Origin: a candidate division FCPU426 bacterium
Lineage (GTDB): Bacteria; Oederibacteriota; Muellerivitia; Muellerivitales; Muellerivitaceae
DNA length: 64,000 bases
Reading direction: 5' to 3'
NCBI GenBank assembly: GCA_963738405.1
Contig: CAVTWJ010000023.1
Span: 160,001 to 224,000 of the forward strand
Positions 1-9,228 of this stretch are shown one piece after another (positions within the stretch are counted from its first letter, which is position 1; every line of letters begins with the position of its first letter). The notes under the pieces are model-generated. The model did not search any database and had not been told where the DNA came from. It worked only from the letters and a program-made list of their open reading frames with translations. The translations under genes were made by a program, and so were the position numbers.

Positions 1-188
1 CGCAGGTCCATCTGGGAATCCAGGGCCGCCAATTGGGCCGCCTCCACCAGGTCCGAAATATCCCCTACGGTGAGGGGCTTTTTATCTTCCGCTTGGGCCG
101 AACCCAGGAAACCCAATAGGATTCCGGATAGAAGAAAAATAATCCCCAAAGGGCGGGCGGCAGTCCAAAACCTTTTATTCGGGTTCAT
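1..188 (-). CDS. Exported protein, probably outer-membrane lipoprotein carrier LolA (only the N-terminus is in the window)
   Basis: Hand translation from ATG at 188: MNPNKRFWTAARPLGIIFLLSGILLGFLGSAQAEDKKPLTVGDISDLVEAAQ... Has a signal peptide with an AQA cleavage site and starts 1 nt after the ftsK stop. ftsK-lolA synteny is common. Confidence 0.55.
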   Translation of the reverse strand, partial: MNPNKRFWTAARPLGIIFLLSGILLGFLGSAQAEDKKPLTVGDISDLVEAAQLAALDSQMDL

Positions 189-189
189 A

Positions 190-2595
190 TCAATCCAGCT
201 TTTCATTGATTTCCTCATCTTCCGTCATCGGCCCTTCGTTTCCATTCATCGTTTGGACGAGGATCTTTCGGGGTTTGTTTCCATCGGCGGGGCCCACGAT
301 GCCCCTCACCTGCATGTCATCCAAAAGCCGGGCCGCGCGCCCGTAGCCTATTTTAAGCCGTCTTTGAAGCAGGGAGGTGGAGGCCTGCTTGGCCCTCATG
401 ACAATTTCCACCGCGTCGTCGTACAGCTCGTCCTCGCTGTCCTCGGTCACCAGATCCTTGTTCTTGGCGGGGCTTAAATCGGCCGAAAACAGGGGACCCC
501 CTTGGGAAGTCCAGAAATCCACCAAACGCTCAATTTCCTCCATCGTAACGAAGGCACCCTGGAGCCGCAAGGGTTTGGGGGCGCCGGAAGCCAGGTAGAG
601 CATATCCCCGCGGCCCAAAAGCGCCTCGGCACCGTTCATGTCGAGGATGGTGCGGGAATCGGTCTTGGAAAAAACCTGGAAGGCGATGCGGGAAGGGAAA
701 TTGGCCTTGATGATGCCCGTGATCACTTCAACGGAAGGACGCTGGGTTGCCAGCACCAAGTGGATGCCGACCGCCCGGGCCATCTGAGCCAGGCGGGTGA
801 TGGAATCTTCCACCTGGTCCTTCGCGGTCATCATCAGGTCCGCCAGCTCGTCCACCAGCACCACGATGTAATACATCGGAAGCTTGTCCTTTTCCCCCGC
901 TTCCCGCTTTGCCGCCATCTTCTGGTTGAAGGTGTCGATGTCGCGGGCGCCCACGTGGGCCAGCTGTTGGTAGCGGTCTTCCATTTCCCTCACCAGCCAC
1001 TTGAGAGCCAAATGGGCTTCCTTGGGATCATTCACCACCGGCAGGGCCAGGTGGGGCAGGCCCTTGTAGATGGTCATCTCGACCCTCTTGGGGTCGACCA
1101 ACACCATGCGCAATTCTTCCGGGGTGTACTTGAAGATCAAACTGGCGATGAAGGTATTGACGCACACGCTCTTGCCCGAACCGGTCGACCCCGCTACCAG
1201 TACGTGGGGCATTTCCTTGATGCTGGCGAAGATGCCGTCCCCGGCGATGTCCTTGCCCAGTGCCACCAAGAGTTTCTTGCCGGACGAGATGAATTTGTCC
1301 TCGGCCATAAGTTCCTTCAGGGTCACGATCCGCCCGCTGGCGTTGGGCACCTCCACTCCCACGGTCGCCTTGCCGGGGATGGGCGCGACAATGCGCAGGT
1401 GGCCGCATTTCAAAGACAGGGCCAGATCGTCGGACAGGGAGACGATACTGGTGATCTTCACCCCGGCGGCGGGCTGGAGTTCGTATTGGGTCACGGTAGG
1501 CCCGGGATTGACCCCCACCACCTTGGCTTCCACCCCGAAATTGGCCAGGGTTTGCATGAGGGTGCGGCTGACGGCCTCATAATCATCGACCACCTTTTCC
1601 CTGGAGTCCTCGAGGGTCTTGAGGATATGCACCGTCGGCAGCTGCCATTGGCGGATGATCCGCTTGGGGGTTTCTTCTTCTGGTTCTTCTTCCTCATCCG
1701 CCATCTCGATGCTGGCGGCTTCCATTTTTTGCTTGGTGGTCATGGAATTGCCGGTGGCACCCTTGGCCTCGGCGAGGGCCGCCGAAACCATATCCTCTTC
1801 TTCCGGGAGATCCGATGTTAAAGCGGGTTTTTCTTCGATTTCTTCGGCAACACCGGTGAAAAGAATGGGAGCGGGTTTGGAGGGCTGGGGTTTGACGACA
1901 GCTGTTGCCGGTCTTTCGGGGGCAGAGGCGTGTGTGTGGTTTTTCTGGAGCTTTTCACGGGCCGCTTCCGCCACCGACTTGGTTTCCTGGCGCGTTCGAT
2001 AATCCTGATAGGCTTTTTGCAGGCGTTCCTTAAGGATGGTCACCGCCTCAAACCCGTGTTCCTCAAGGAACTTGCCGCCCCTTTGGAACCCTTCCCCGAC
2101 TCTCTTGGCGGCTGTGACCAAGTGTTCCTCTTTTTCCAAAAACCAGGCCGAGAGGACCAAAGTCATCAAGCAAATCACCACGGTGCCAAACCGGGTGAGA
2201 ACCGATTCCATCCGGTCTCCCACTTGGATTCCCAGCAAACCCGACCATTCCACGCCTTCCCGCATTTGGGAGGGGGAAAACATCTGCACGCCGTGAAAAA
2301 AGACCCGCATCAGGACGCAGGTGGAGAGGATGCCCAGGAAGAGGCCCAACAACTTTAACCCAGGTTTGGTGAAGGGAGCGTCTTCATACCTGGAATAGGC
2401 GAACCGGAAAAGCACCAGGGGGAAAACCCAGGCGCAAAGCCCGAACCCCGCGTAGAGGAAATAAGCCACATAGGAGCCGGGCATTCCCAGCAGGTTGGGC
2501 TTGTCGGCGGTGGGTACCAGCGCCAAAAGCAGAAGAATCCCAAAACAAGCGACAAGAAAAACCACCAGGAAATGGTGGCGTTCGTTTTTGGCCAT
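190..2595 (-). CDS. ftsK: DNA translocase FtsK/SpoIIIE
   Basis: N-terminal TM domain, linker, Walker A GSTGSGKS, DELADLMM, LATQRPSV, gamma domain SLLQRRLKIGYGRAAR. Confidence 0.97.
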   Translation of the reverse strand: MAKNERHHFLVVFLVACFGILLLLALVPTADKPNLLGMPGSYVAYFLYAGFGLCAWVFPLVLFRFAYSRYEDAPFTKPGLKLLGLFLGILSTCVLMRVFFHGVQMFSPSQMREGVEWSGLLGIQVGDRMESVLTRFGTVVICLMTLVLSAWFLEKEEHLVTAAKRVGEGFQRGGKFLEEHGFEAVTILKERLQKAYQDYRTRQETKSVAEAAREKLQKNHTHASAPERPATAVVKPQPSKPAPILFTGVAEEIEEKPALTSDLPEEEDMVSAALAEAKGATGNSMTTKQKMEAASIEMADEEEEPEEETPKRIIRQWQLPTVHILKTLEDSREKVVDDYEAVSRTLMQTLANFGVEAKVVGVNPGPTVTQYELQPAAGVKITSIVSLSDDLALSLKCGHLRIVAPIPGKATVGVEVPNASGRIVTLKELMAEDKFISSGKKLLVALGKDIAGDGIFASIKEMPHVLVAGSTGSGKSVCVNTFIASLIFKYTPEELRMVLVDPKRVEMTIYKGLPHLALPVVNDPKEAHLALKWLVREMEDRYQQLAHVGARDIDTFNQKMAAKREAGEKDKLPMYYIVVLVDELADLMMTAKDQVEDSITRLAQMARAVGIHLVLATQRPSVEVITGIIKANFPSRIAFQVFSKTDSRTILDMNGAEALLGRGDMLYLASGAPKPLRLQGAFVTMEEIERLVDFWTSQGGPLFSADLSPAKNKDLVTEDSEDELYDDAVEIVMRAKQASTSLLQRRLKIGYGRAARLLDDMQVRGIVGPADGNKPRKILVQTMNGNEGPMTEDEEINEKLD

Positions 2596-2744
2596 CAGGT
2601 CCTCAAGGGGGGTGTGGAATCACCCCAAAAATTTAGTGTTTGCCGGGGATAGAAGAAAAAACACATGCTGGAAATAAAGTATAACTGAGGCTTAAGGACC
2701 TTTTGAAGCAAATACTTGGTTTAATGGTTCTTTCCAAACAAAAA

Positions 2745-2920
2745 TTTTCACCACCAAGACACATGCCGACCTTCCATTAAGACTTTTGAAGAGGTCGGTA
2801 TAGTCCTGGATCCCTTAGCCCAAACGGCTAAGGAGGACAAAGACACCAAGAAAACCCAAAGGTATTAAATCTAAAATCTCTGCGCTGTTCTTACTTGGTG
2901 ACTTGGTGCCTTGGTGGTTA
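2745..2920. repeat. Intergenic octamer (CACCAAGA)-type tandem/inverted repeat element with nested hairpins
   Basis: Left arm ttttcaccaccaagacac...aaagacaccaag, right arm cttggtgacttggtgccttggtggt; related element at 38656-38751. Confidence 0.75.
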
Positions 2921-2995
2921 TACAGACTTTGCCTATCTTGGTCATTGGATTTTATGATAAAAAGGTGGGCCCCAAATCTGACCCTAGGCGGAACA

Positions 2996-3916
2996 ATGTT
3001 CACCTTTTTCTTCCATGTCGCATTCAACGTTGTGCTTCCCATTTTTCTGGTCATGGGCCTGGGCTACGGCCTGGCGAAAAAATTCACTCTCGATTTGAAC
3101 ACCCTTTCCAAACTGAACTTTTATGTCTTCATACCGGTTTATATGTTTTACAGCCTCCTTTGGTTCAAGCCCAACTCCCAGGACATGGTCGAGTCGGTCG
3201 GCTTCAATGTTCTTTTCGTGGGCCTTTCCTTCGCCGCCATGGCTTTGATCGCGAAGGTCCTGCGCTTCCAACCCTCCCTGGTTCCCATGTCGCTGCTCAC
3301 TTCCGTGATCTTCAACTCGGCCAATTACGGCATCCCCGTGGTCCAGCAGGCTTTTCAGGGCGAGGCTATTCCCATTCAAATCGTCACCATTACCGTCATG
3401 AATGTTTTGACCTATACGGCGGGAGTCTTGATCACGGGAGGTTGGGGAGAATGGCGGGAGGGGCTCAAGACCATCCTCAAATTACCCATCCTTTACGCCC
3501 TTTTCGGCGCATTGATCTTGCGGGCCCTGACACTTCCCCTGCCGGACGCCTTAATGTCTTCCCTCAAGTGGACCTCGGATGGAATGTTGGCCATCGCTTT
3601 GTTGACCCTGGGGGCCCAGTTGGCCCAAGGCGGGCTTTCGTTAAAACATCCCAAGGAACTATGGGTGACGGTGGCAGGACGCCTCATCTTGGGGCCGATT
3701 TTGGCTCTATTAATTTTAAAAGTTCTGGGAATCACCGGCCTGGCGGCCAAGGTGCTTTTCGTTTCCAGCGCCTTCCCCACCGCGGTGATCACCGTGATGT
3801 TCGGCATCGAATATAAAAAGTCCCCCCTATTCGCGGCCGATGTGGTGTTCCTCACCACCCTGCTATCCGCTGGCAGCGTAACCCTCGCCATCGGATTGGC
3901 CAATTACTTGTTTTGA
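2996..3916 (+). CDS. AEC (auxin efflux carrier/malate permease) family transporter
   Basis: About 10 TM segments, NSANYGIPV and FPTAV motifs. ATG at 2996 preferred because the longer ORF begins inside the repeat. Confidence 0.9.
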   Translation: MFTFFFHVAFNVVLPIFLVMGLGYGLAKKFTLDLNTLSKLNFYVFIPVYMFYSLLWFKPNSQDMVESVGFNVLFVGLSFAAMALIAKVLRFQPSLVPMSLLTSVIFNSANYGIPVVQQAFQGEAIPIQIVTITVMNVLTYTAGVLITGGWGEWREGLKTILKLPILYALFGALILRALTLPLPDALMSSLKWTSDGMLAIALLTLGAQLAQGGLSLKHPKELWVTVAGRLILGPILALLILKVLGITGLAAKVLFVSSAFPTAVITVMFGIEYKKSPLFAADVVFLTTLLSAGSVTLAIGLANYLF

Positions 3917-3924
3917 GGAGTTCC

Positions 3925-4089
3925 ATGAAACGGCCTCCCAATCCTTTCAACAGCAAGCACCAAAAGCTCCTTAAAAACCCGGCCTATAAAAACATGATCA
4001 ATCCTTACGAAAGCAAATACCCCCAAACAAATGCCGCGCGAAAAAAACCAATCCCCGGGCTTTACGGACACAAGGAAAAATCCAAATGA
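3925..4089 (+). CDS. Small basic hypothetical protein (54 aa), not in ORF track
   Basis: GAGGAG RBS 4 nt before ATG; MKRPPNPFNSKHQKLLKNPAYKNMINPYESKYPQTNAARKKPIPGLYGHKEKSK; its stop overlaps the GH2 start as ATGA. Confidence 0.65.
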   Translation: MKRPPNPFNSKHQKLLKNPAYKNMINPYESKYPQTNAARKKPIPGLYGHKEKSK

Positions 4090-5831
4090 TCTTTCCGCAA
4101 AAAAACACTTTCCGGCAGACTCAAGACCTTTCAGGACTTTGGGAATTCAAACTGGACCCCAAGGGAGAGGGAAAACAAAAGAAGTGGTACCTCGGCCTCA
4201 AAAAAACAAGAAAGATCACCGTTCCTTCCAGCTGGGACAACCAGTTCGAAGATACCCGAAATTATTTGGGTGACGCCTGGTACCAACTGCGGTTCAACCC
4301 CTCTCTCAAGGGCGCCCGGCAATTCATTCGATTCGGTTCCGTAAATTATCTGGGCGAGGTTTGGCTCAATGGCCGCCGCTTGGGAGCGCACGAGGGCGGA
4401 CATCTGCCTTTTGTATTTGAAATCACCCAACACCTGAAAAAAAGCGGGAACCTTGTGGCGGTTCGGGTGAACGGCTCCCTGGCCCCCGACCGGGTTCCCC
4501 CGGGAAAGGTTCCTTTCGATCCCCGGGACGCCTTCGCCAACAACTTCAACCCGCCCGCTTCTTTCGACTTTTTTCCCTTTTGCGGCATTCAGCGTCCCGT
4601 TCAACTCTTTAGCTTGCCGATGAAATCCATTCAAGATGTGACCGTTACCACCGACATTGAGGGAAAAACGGGAAGGGTCCGGGTTGCGGCAGAAACCCAA
4701 TCCTCAGCCGGGCTTTCTTACCGGATTTCGTTAAAAGGTTTTGGATGGGAGACCCGTTCGGGAGGACCCCTCAAATCCAACCATATCGAAACCCTTTTAT
4801 CCGTTCCGAACGCCAAACTTTGGGCGCCCGGCTCGCCCAACCTCTACCGCCTCCAGGTGGATTTGTTGAATGGGAACAAAACAGTCGATCGAATCGATCT
4901 TCCCGTCGGTGTTCGCACGATCAAAGTAAAGGGAAGCCAATTGCTCCTGAACGGAAAGCCGGTTTTTCTTAAAGGTTTTGGCCGCCATGAGGACAATCCT
5001 AAAACCGGACGTTATCTGCCCCCTGCTGTCATGAAAAAGGACTACCAAAATTTAAAGTGGATCGGCGCTAACTCCTTTAGAACCAGTCACTACCCCTATT
5101 CGGACGAAGACATGGATATGGCCGACCAGCTGGGTTTCCTCGTCATTGATGAAACTCCCGCCGTGGGGCTCTTTTTTCATGCAAAGGGATTTAAAAAGCG
5201 CCTTCAGCTTTGCCGTCAATTCACCCAAGAGCTTATCGATAGGGACAAGAACCACCCCAGCGTGATTCTGTGGAGCATCGCCAACGAGCCCCATTCCAAA
5301 AGACCTTCGGCCGTTCCCTTTTTCAAAAACCTCATTCAATTGGCCCGAAAACTGGATAAAACCCGCCCCCTCACCCTGGCCAGCTACCTGGGAACCGAGG
5401 AAGAATCCTTCCGATTTTTGGATGTGGTTTGTGTAAACCGTTATTTCGGATGGTATAGCGAACCGGGAGATCTGAATTCGGCTATTCCCAAATTGTCCAA
5501 AGACTTGGACTCTATTTATCGCAAGTTTAGGAAACCCGTGATCATGACCGAATTCGGGGCCGACGCCATACCCGGAAGCCATGCCGACCCGCCCGAGATG
5601 TTTTCAGAGGAATACCAGGCTGAAATGGTGGAGCGATATTGGAAAGTCTTGAAGAAGAAACCCTATGTGGGCGGCGCCCAGGTCTGGAACTTGAACGACT
5701 TCAGGACCGCCCAAGCCACCCACCGGCCCAACGGAATGAACTATAAGGGATTCTTTACCCGGGACCGCAAACCCAAACTGGCGGCCCATACCTTGAAGAG
5801 GCTTTGGAGAAGCCCTTCATCCGGTAAATGA
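4086..5831 (+). CDS. uidA: Beta-glucuronidase, glycoside hydrolase family 2
   Basis: GFGRHED, RTSHYPY, WSIANEP (acid/base), MTEFGAD (nucleophile) and the GUS-type NxKG motif NYKGFFTRDRKPK. No signal peptide. Confidence 0.9.
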   Translation: MIFPQKNTFRQTQDLSGLWEFKLDPKGEGKQKKWYLGLKKTRKITVPSSWDNQFEDTRNYLGDAWYQLRFNPSLKGARQFIRFGSVNYLGEVWLNGRRLGAHEGGHLPFVFEITQHLKKSGNLVAVRVNGSLAPDRVPPGKVPFDPRDAFANNFNPPASFDFFPFCGIQRPVQLFSLPMKSIQDVTVTTDIEGKTGRVRVAAETQSSAGLSYRISLKGFGWETRSGGPLKSNHIETLLSVPNAKLWAPGSPNLYRLQVDLLNGNKTVDRIDLPVGVRTIKVKGSQLLLNGKPVFLKGFGRHEDNPKTGRYLPPAVMKKDYQNLKWIGANSFRTSHYPYSDEDMDMADQLGFLVIDETPAVGLFFHAKGFKKRLQLCRQFTQELIDRDKNHPSVILWSIANEPHSKRPSAVPFFKNLIQLARKLDKTRPLTLASYLGTEEESFRFLDVVCVNRYFGWYSEPGDLNSAIPKLSKDLDSIYRKFRKPVIMTEFGADAIPGSHADPPEMFSEEYQAEMVERYWKVLKKKPYVGGAQVWNLNDFRTAQATHRPNGMNYKGFFTRDRKPKLAAHTLKRLWRSPSSGK

Positions 5832-5877
5832 ATCAGAAATTTTAAAAATCTTGAACCGGGTCTACCCACCAGTCTTA

Positions 5878-7026
5878 TTAAAGGTATTTCATAACGGTCG
5901 CCTGCCAGTTGGCACTTCCATCAAAAAAGGCAACATAAGTTTTCCCATTACTAACAAAAAGCGACGGGAAATTAGCCCCACCCTGTGTAAGAGCTCCACC
6001 ACCAAGAGCGAACCAGGCGCTCCCATTGAATTGCATTACCACTAGTTGATTATTTGAATTGATGTAGGCCAGGCTGGGGATGCCGTTGTATACAAAGAAA
6101 GAGGAGTTTCCAAAACCAATCGAGGTGGAAGTGAAACCTGGGATTCCGACCGTAACCCATGAGGTTCCAGTCCATTTCATAACGGTGGCGTTGCCGCCAT
6201 GTGCGGGATCGCTGAAGGCGACGAAAGGAACCCCATTGGAAGTTGAAAGGTAAAGAGCCACATCCTGGGTTGTCGCGAAGCCGGGGGTTCCAAGGTTGCT
6301 CCAGGTGCCCCCATTGAAGCTCATGACCGTGATGTTTCCAGAGGCGTCGGTATAGGCCACGCAGGTCATGCCGTTGGCGGCGCTGATCGCCGGGAAATAG
6401 GGAGGCGGGGTGAAATCCGGATTTCCCACAACAGCGCAGGAGCCTCCCTGGCACATTGTGACGGTGCCAGCGAAGCTGCTCATGGCGTCCCCGCTAAATT
6501 CGAGGAGTGCCCCGTTAAAAAAAGTGTAGGGCGGCTCGGACCCCTCGTAAAAACCGCCCACGGGCGTCTGGGACAATCCCTGCCAACCGCTTCCAGAGGT
6601 ATAGTCCGCGAGAAATAGATCAACGCCGTTGGAGGAAAAATACTCAACATAGGGGATGCCGTTATTAACGAACATTTGCGGCACGATATCAGTGGGATAG
6701 CAAAAGCCGAAATCGGGGCTGCCCACGTTTCCCCAGCTGGTTCCATTGAATTTTTCCACGGTGATGGAAACCCCATTGTCGGCCAAAGCCAGGTAGGGGG
6801 TGGTGTTATCCACAAAGAGCGATAGAAAGGAATTCGCGGGGCCGGAAAGTGACGTAAGGCCCTTTTGACCCACGACCGACCAGTTCGCGGCGGAAGGCAA
6901 TGGATTAGTTGGAAAAATGCCCCGACAGCCCCAGATACCAAGAACCATCCCGCCGATGATGACCGCGTATATCCAAGATGATTTTTTCCACGGCATGCGG
7001 GTTCCCTTAGCGGAAAGTCGGTTCAT
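5878..7026 (-). CDS. Putative lipoprotein with about 7 W-x-x-(V/L)-G-x-P-(G/D)-F repeats (beta-propeller-like)
   Basis: Lipobox-like IWGC after a hydrophobic stretch; repeats WSVVGQKGL, WGNVGSPDF, WQGLSQTPV, CAVVGNPDF, WSNLGTPGF, WVTVGIPGF, WFALGGGAL. Start may be 6996. Confidence 0.75.
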   Translation of the reverse strand: MNRLSAKGTRMPWKKSSWIYAVIIGGMVLGIWGCRGIFPTNPLPSAANWSVVGQKGLTSLSGPANSFLSLFVDNTTPYLALADNGVSITVEKFNGTSWGNVGSPDFGFCYPTDIVPQMFVNNGIPYVEYFSSNGVDLFLADYTSGSGWQGLSQTPVGGFYEGSEPPYTFFNGALLEFSGDAMSSFAGTVTMCQGGSCAVVGNPDFTPPPYFPAISAANGMTCVAYTDASGNITVMSFNGGTWSNLGTPGFATTQDVALYLSTSNGVPFVAFSDPAHGGNATVMKWTGTSWVTVGIPGFTSTSIGFGNSSFFVYNGIPSLAYINSNNQLVVMQFNGSAWFALGGGALTQGGANFPSLFVSNGKTYVAFFDGSANWQATVMKYL

Positions 7027-7135
7027 TCCAAACCCTTAATGATTCCAAAAAGAGTTTATCACAGGGTCTTTTGCCGCCAGGGAACCTTCATTTTAAAACC
7101 GGGTAATGGCCAAGCAGGACACGCCCAATCTATTC

Positions 7136-8467
7136 TCAACTCCCAGAAAGAGGGTCATTCACCCGGCCCATGAACAGCACAGTGTTCGAGGCGTTATCCA
7201 CGATCATGAAGATGAAAGGATGGTCCGCCACGAAGGGGATTGGGGGCGGCGGAATAAAAACCGCCTGGCAATTATTGCAACCTATTACGACCCCGGTCGC
7301 TGCGGCGGCGGTCGTTCCCTTTTCCGACACATCCACGTAGGCCTGGTGAACCACGTCCGTGATGTACAAATTATTCGTCCCGTCGATATTCCAGAAATTG
7401 GCGCCCATCATGGTCGTGGGACCAGGCGGGGTGAAGGCCAAGCTCATTCCCATGGAAGAAAGGGTATTGCTCAAATCATAGCTGGTCTTGAAGGTGAATT
7501 TCGGCAGGGCCAAATCCACCCGCGACACAGCTGTAGCGGAGGTCATGAGGGCCGAGTTAGCCGCAAGCCAGCTGTTGATGTTGTTCCCTGTCATGGCGCC
7601 CTCCAGGGCCGGCATGCCCCCTTCCGGTGGAAGGAATACGTACATGGAAGACTCACCATTCGTGTAGGGAATGGCCAGCACACTGGCTGCCCCGTTGAAA
7701 CTTCCCACGTTCGCGTTAAAAGTGATGTGCATCATGCTAACCGGCTCGGTGGTAGAGGTGGTGAGATTGAAAATCTGTTGGTTTGTATTGGTGACCGGGA
7801 ATTGGTATTGCCAGTCGCCCTTGAAATAAATAGCGTTGGTCAGCACCAGTTTTGTGTTGGAAGGGAGGGAAGAAAAAAGATCCGGAATAAACCCCGCCGT
7901 CTCCTGTGAAACCGCGCCGTTGATGGTCTGTAAGGCCGCCGTGGGGTTATTCACGAAATCCACATTGGTAACGCCCGCGTCATAATAGGTTTGAACGGTG
8001 TTGATATAAGCCTGTTGAAAGGGAAAACCCACCTGAAGCCACATGTTATCGGCCGTATCTAAGGTATAGGACTTGCCTGGAGCGTTGATTTCGTTGATCA
8101 GGGACTGGAAACCCGTCAACCTCGTCGTGGTGTTGGGGTTTAGGTTTAGGACATTCTGCATCTGGACCTGGGTGTTGCCGACCGCGCCTTCTTGGGCCAT
8201 GGCTAGACAGGTGATAATGCTGAAGGGTGAAAAAAAGATATTGCCGGATTGATTCTGATAAAAGTTATAAAGGCCGCAACCCAGCATATCGGTGGCTTGC
8301 GGAGGGGTATAAACCGCGGCGTTACTGGGAATGGGGGTGGAAACAGGACCGATGGGGCTGTTGGATAGCGGAGAAAGGGTGGTTTGAACCCGGCTGCATC
8401 CCGCGCCTCCCAAAAGGGTGAAAGTCGCCAAAACGAAACACATACCCAGCAAAAAATATTTTTTCAT
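7136..8467 (-). CDS. Serpin (serine protease inhibitor), predicted lipoprotein
   Basis: NIFFSPFSI, LVLTNAIYFKGDW, LPKFTF, hinge EKGTTAAAAT, FVADHPFIFMI, LFMGRV; lipobox GAGC. Confidence 0.95.
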   Translation of the reverse strand: MKKYFLLGMCFVLATFTLLGGAGCSRVQTTLSPLSNSPIGPVSTPIPSNAAVYTPPQATDMLGCGLYNFYQNQSGNIFFSPFSIITCLAMAQEGAVGNTQVQMQNVLNLNPNTTTRLTGFQSLINEINAPGKSYTLDTADNMWLQVGFPFQQAYINTVQTYYDAGVTNVDFVNNPTAALQTINGAVSQETAGFIPDLFSSLPSNTKLVLTNAIYFKGDWQYQFPVTNTNQQIFNLTTSTTEPVSMMHITFNANVGSFNGAASVLAIPYTNGESSMYVFLPPEGGMPALEGAMTGNNINSWLAANSALMTSATAVSRVDLALPKFTFKTSYDLSNTLSSMGMSLAFTPPGPTTMMGANFWNIDGTNNLYITDVVHQAYVDVSEKGTTAAAATGVVIGCNNCQAVFIPPPPIPFVADHPFIFMIVDNASNTVLFMGRVNDPLSGS

Positions 8468-8524
8468 GATGCTTTACTCCAAAAAACGATTTATCCCATT
8501 CATTCAGTCTCAGGAGGATTTCAA

Positions 8525-8554
8525 TGTGTAGTGATCAAAAGGGTTCTTTATTCC
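8525..8554 (-). promoter_or_regulatory. Putative ECF-sigma promoter for serpin (proximal copy)
   Basis: Minus strand reads GGAATAAA-N13-CACTACACA; same motif upstream of the ECF sigma gene. Confidence 0.6.
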
Positions 8555-8683
8555 ATGGCGGAAACAGAAAGGGGATAGTTACCCATTCAAAATCAGGCTT
8601 ATCGAGAAACCAACGTTTTCAGGCGATCCCCCCTTCAGAACAACCTTTTAGGTTTATGAAAATATTTCAACGAGGGGAATAGG

Positions 8684-8714
8684 TGTGTAGTGATTATCAA
8701 AACCGGTTTATTCC
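8684..8714 (-). promoter_or_regulatory. Putative ECF-sigma promoter for serpin (distal copy)
   Basis: Minus strand reads GGAATAAA-N14-CACTACACA. Confidence 0.55.
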
Positions 8715-8850
8715 CGTCCGAAATGGAATTTTTTATCAATGGGACTTTCCCGCCCTATTCGCATAGGCAGGCGGTAAAATGAACCGATTCGAGAATAGAA
8801 CTATAAATTATTAACCGATCATTTTTGTTTCCCAAAGGTCTTCGCCTCCC

Positions 8851-9228
8851 ATGAATCAACATTTTCCAATTAAACATTTTTCCCGCTTCCTAATCTTGAT
8901 CACCGCACTTTTTTTAGCCGTTTCCCCCGTCCCGGCCGTACAAACACCCCCCGATGGAGGTTGTTTCGTCTACCCCTCTCCGGCCTCCGGAAATCTGGCT
9001 TGGGTGGTTTACAACCTATCGGATAGCGGAACCGCCGCCATCTATATTTACAACGAGGCGGGAGACCTCATCACCCAGGAACAGGCTTCCAACTCCTCCG
9101 GCCTTCAACAGACACCCTTCGATCTCACCCATTACCAAAGCGGGGTTTATATATGCCGTGTGGTTCTTACCCTGGATTCAGGCGGCACCCAAGCGCTTAA
9201 ACTTTTCAAGTTTATCGTTATCAAATGA
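8851..9228 (+). CDS. Small secreted protein consisting of signal peptide plus one T9SS-CTD/FlgD-Ig-like domain
   Basis: Signal peptide, then FVYPSP...IYIYNEAGDLI...SGVYICRV...KFIVIK, the YPNP / IY-x-x-G / SGxY / K-hydrophobic-K pattern of type A sorting domains. Confidence 0.75.
   Translation: MNQHFPIKHFSRFLILITALFLAVSPVPAVQTPPDGGCFVYPSPASGNLAWVVYNLSDSGTAAIYIYNEAGDLITQEQASNSSGLQQTPFDLTHYQSGVYICRVVLTLDSGGTQALKLFKFIVIK

Noticed and set aside
502..1821. 439-aa plus-strand ORF
   Set aside because: Antisense shadow of ftsK with no recognisable motifs; typical of GC3-rich genes.
2911..3816. 301-aa alternative-frame ORF
   Set aside because: Overlaps the AEC transporter in another frame; Arg/Pro/His-rich composition is not protein-like.
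7106..7909. 267-aa plus-strand ORF
   Set aside because: Antisense to the clearly conserved serpin.
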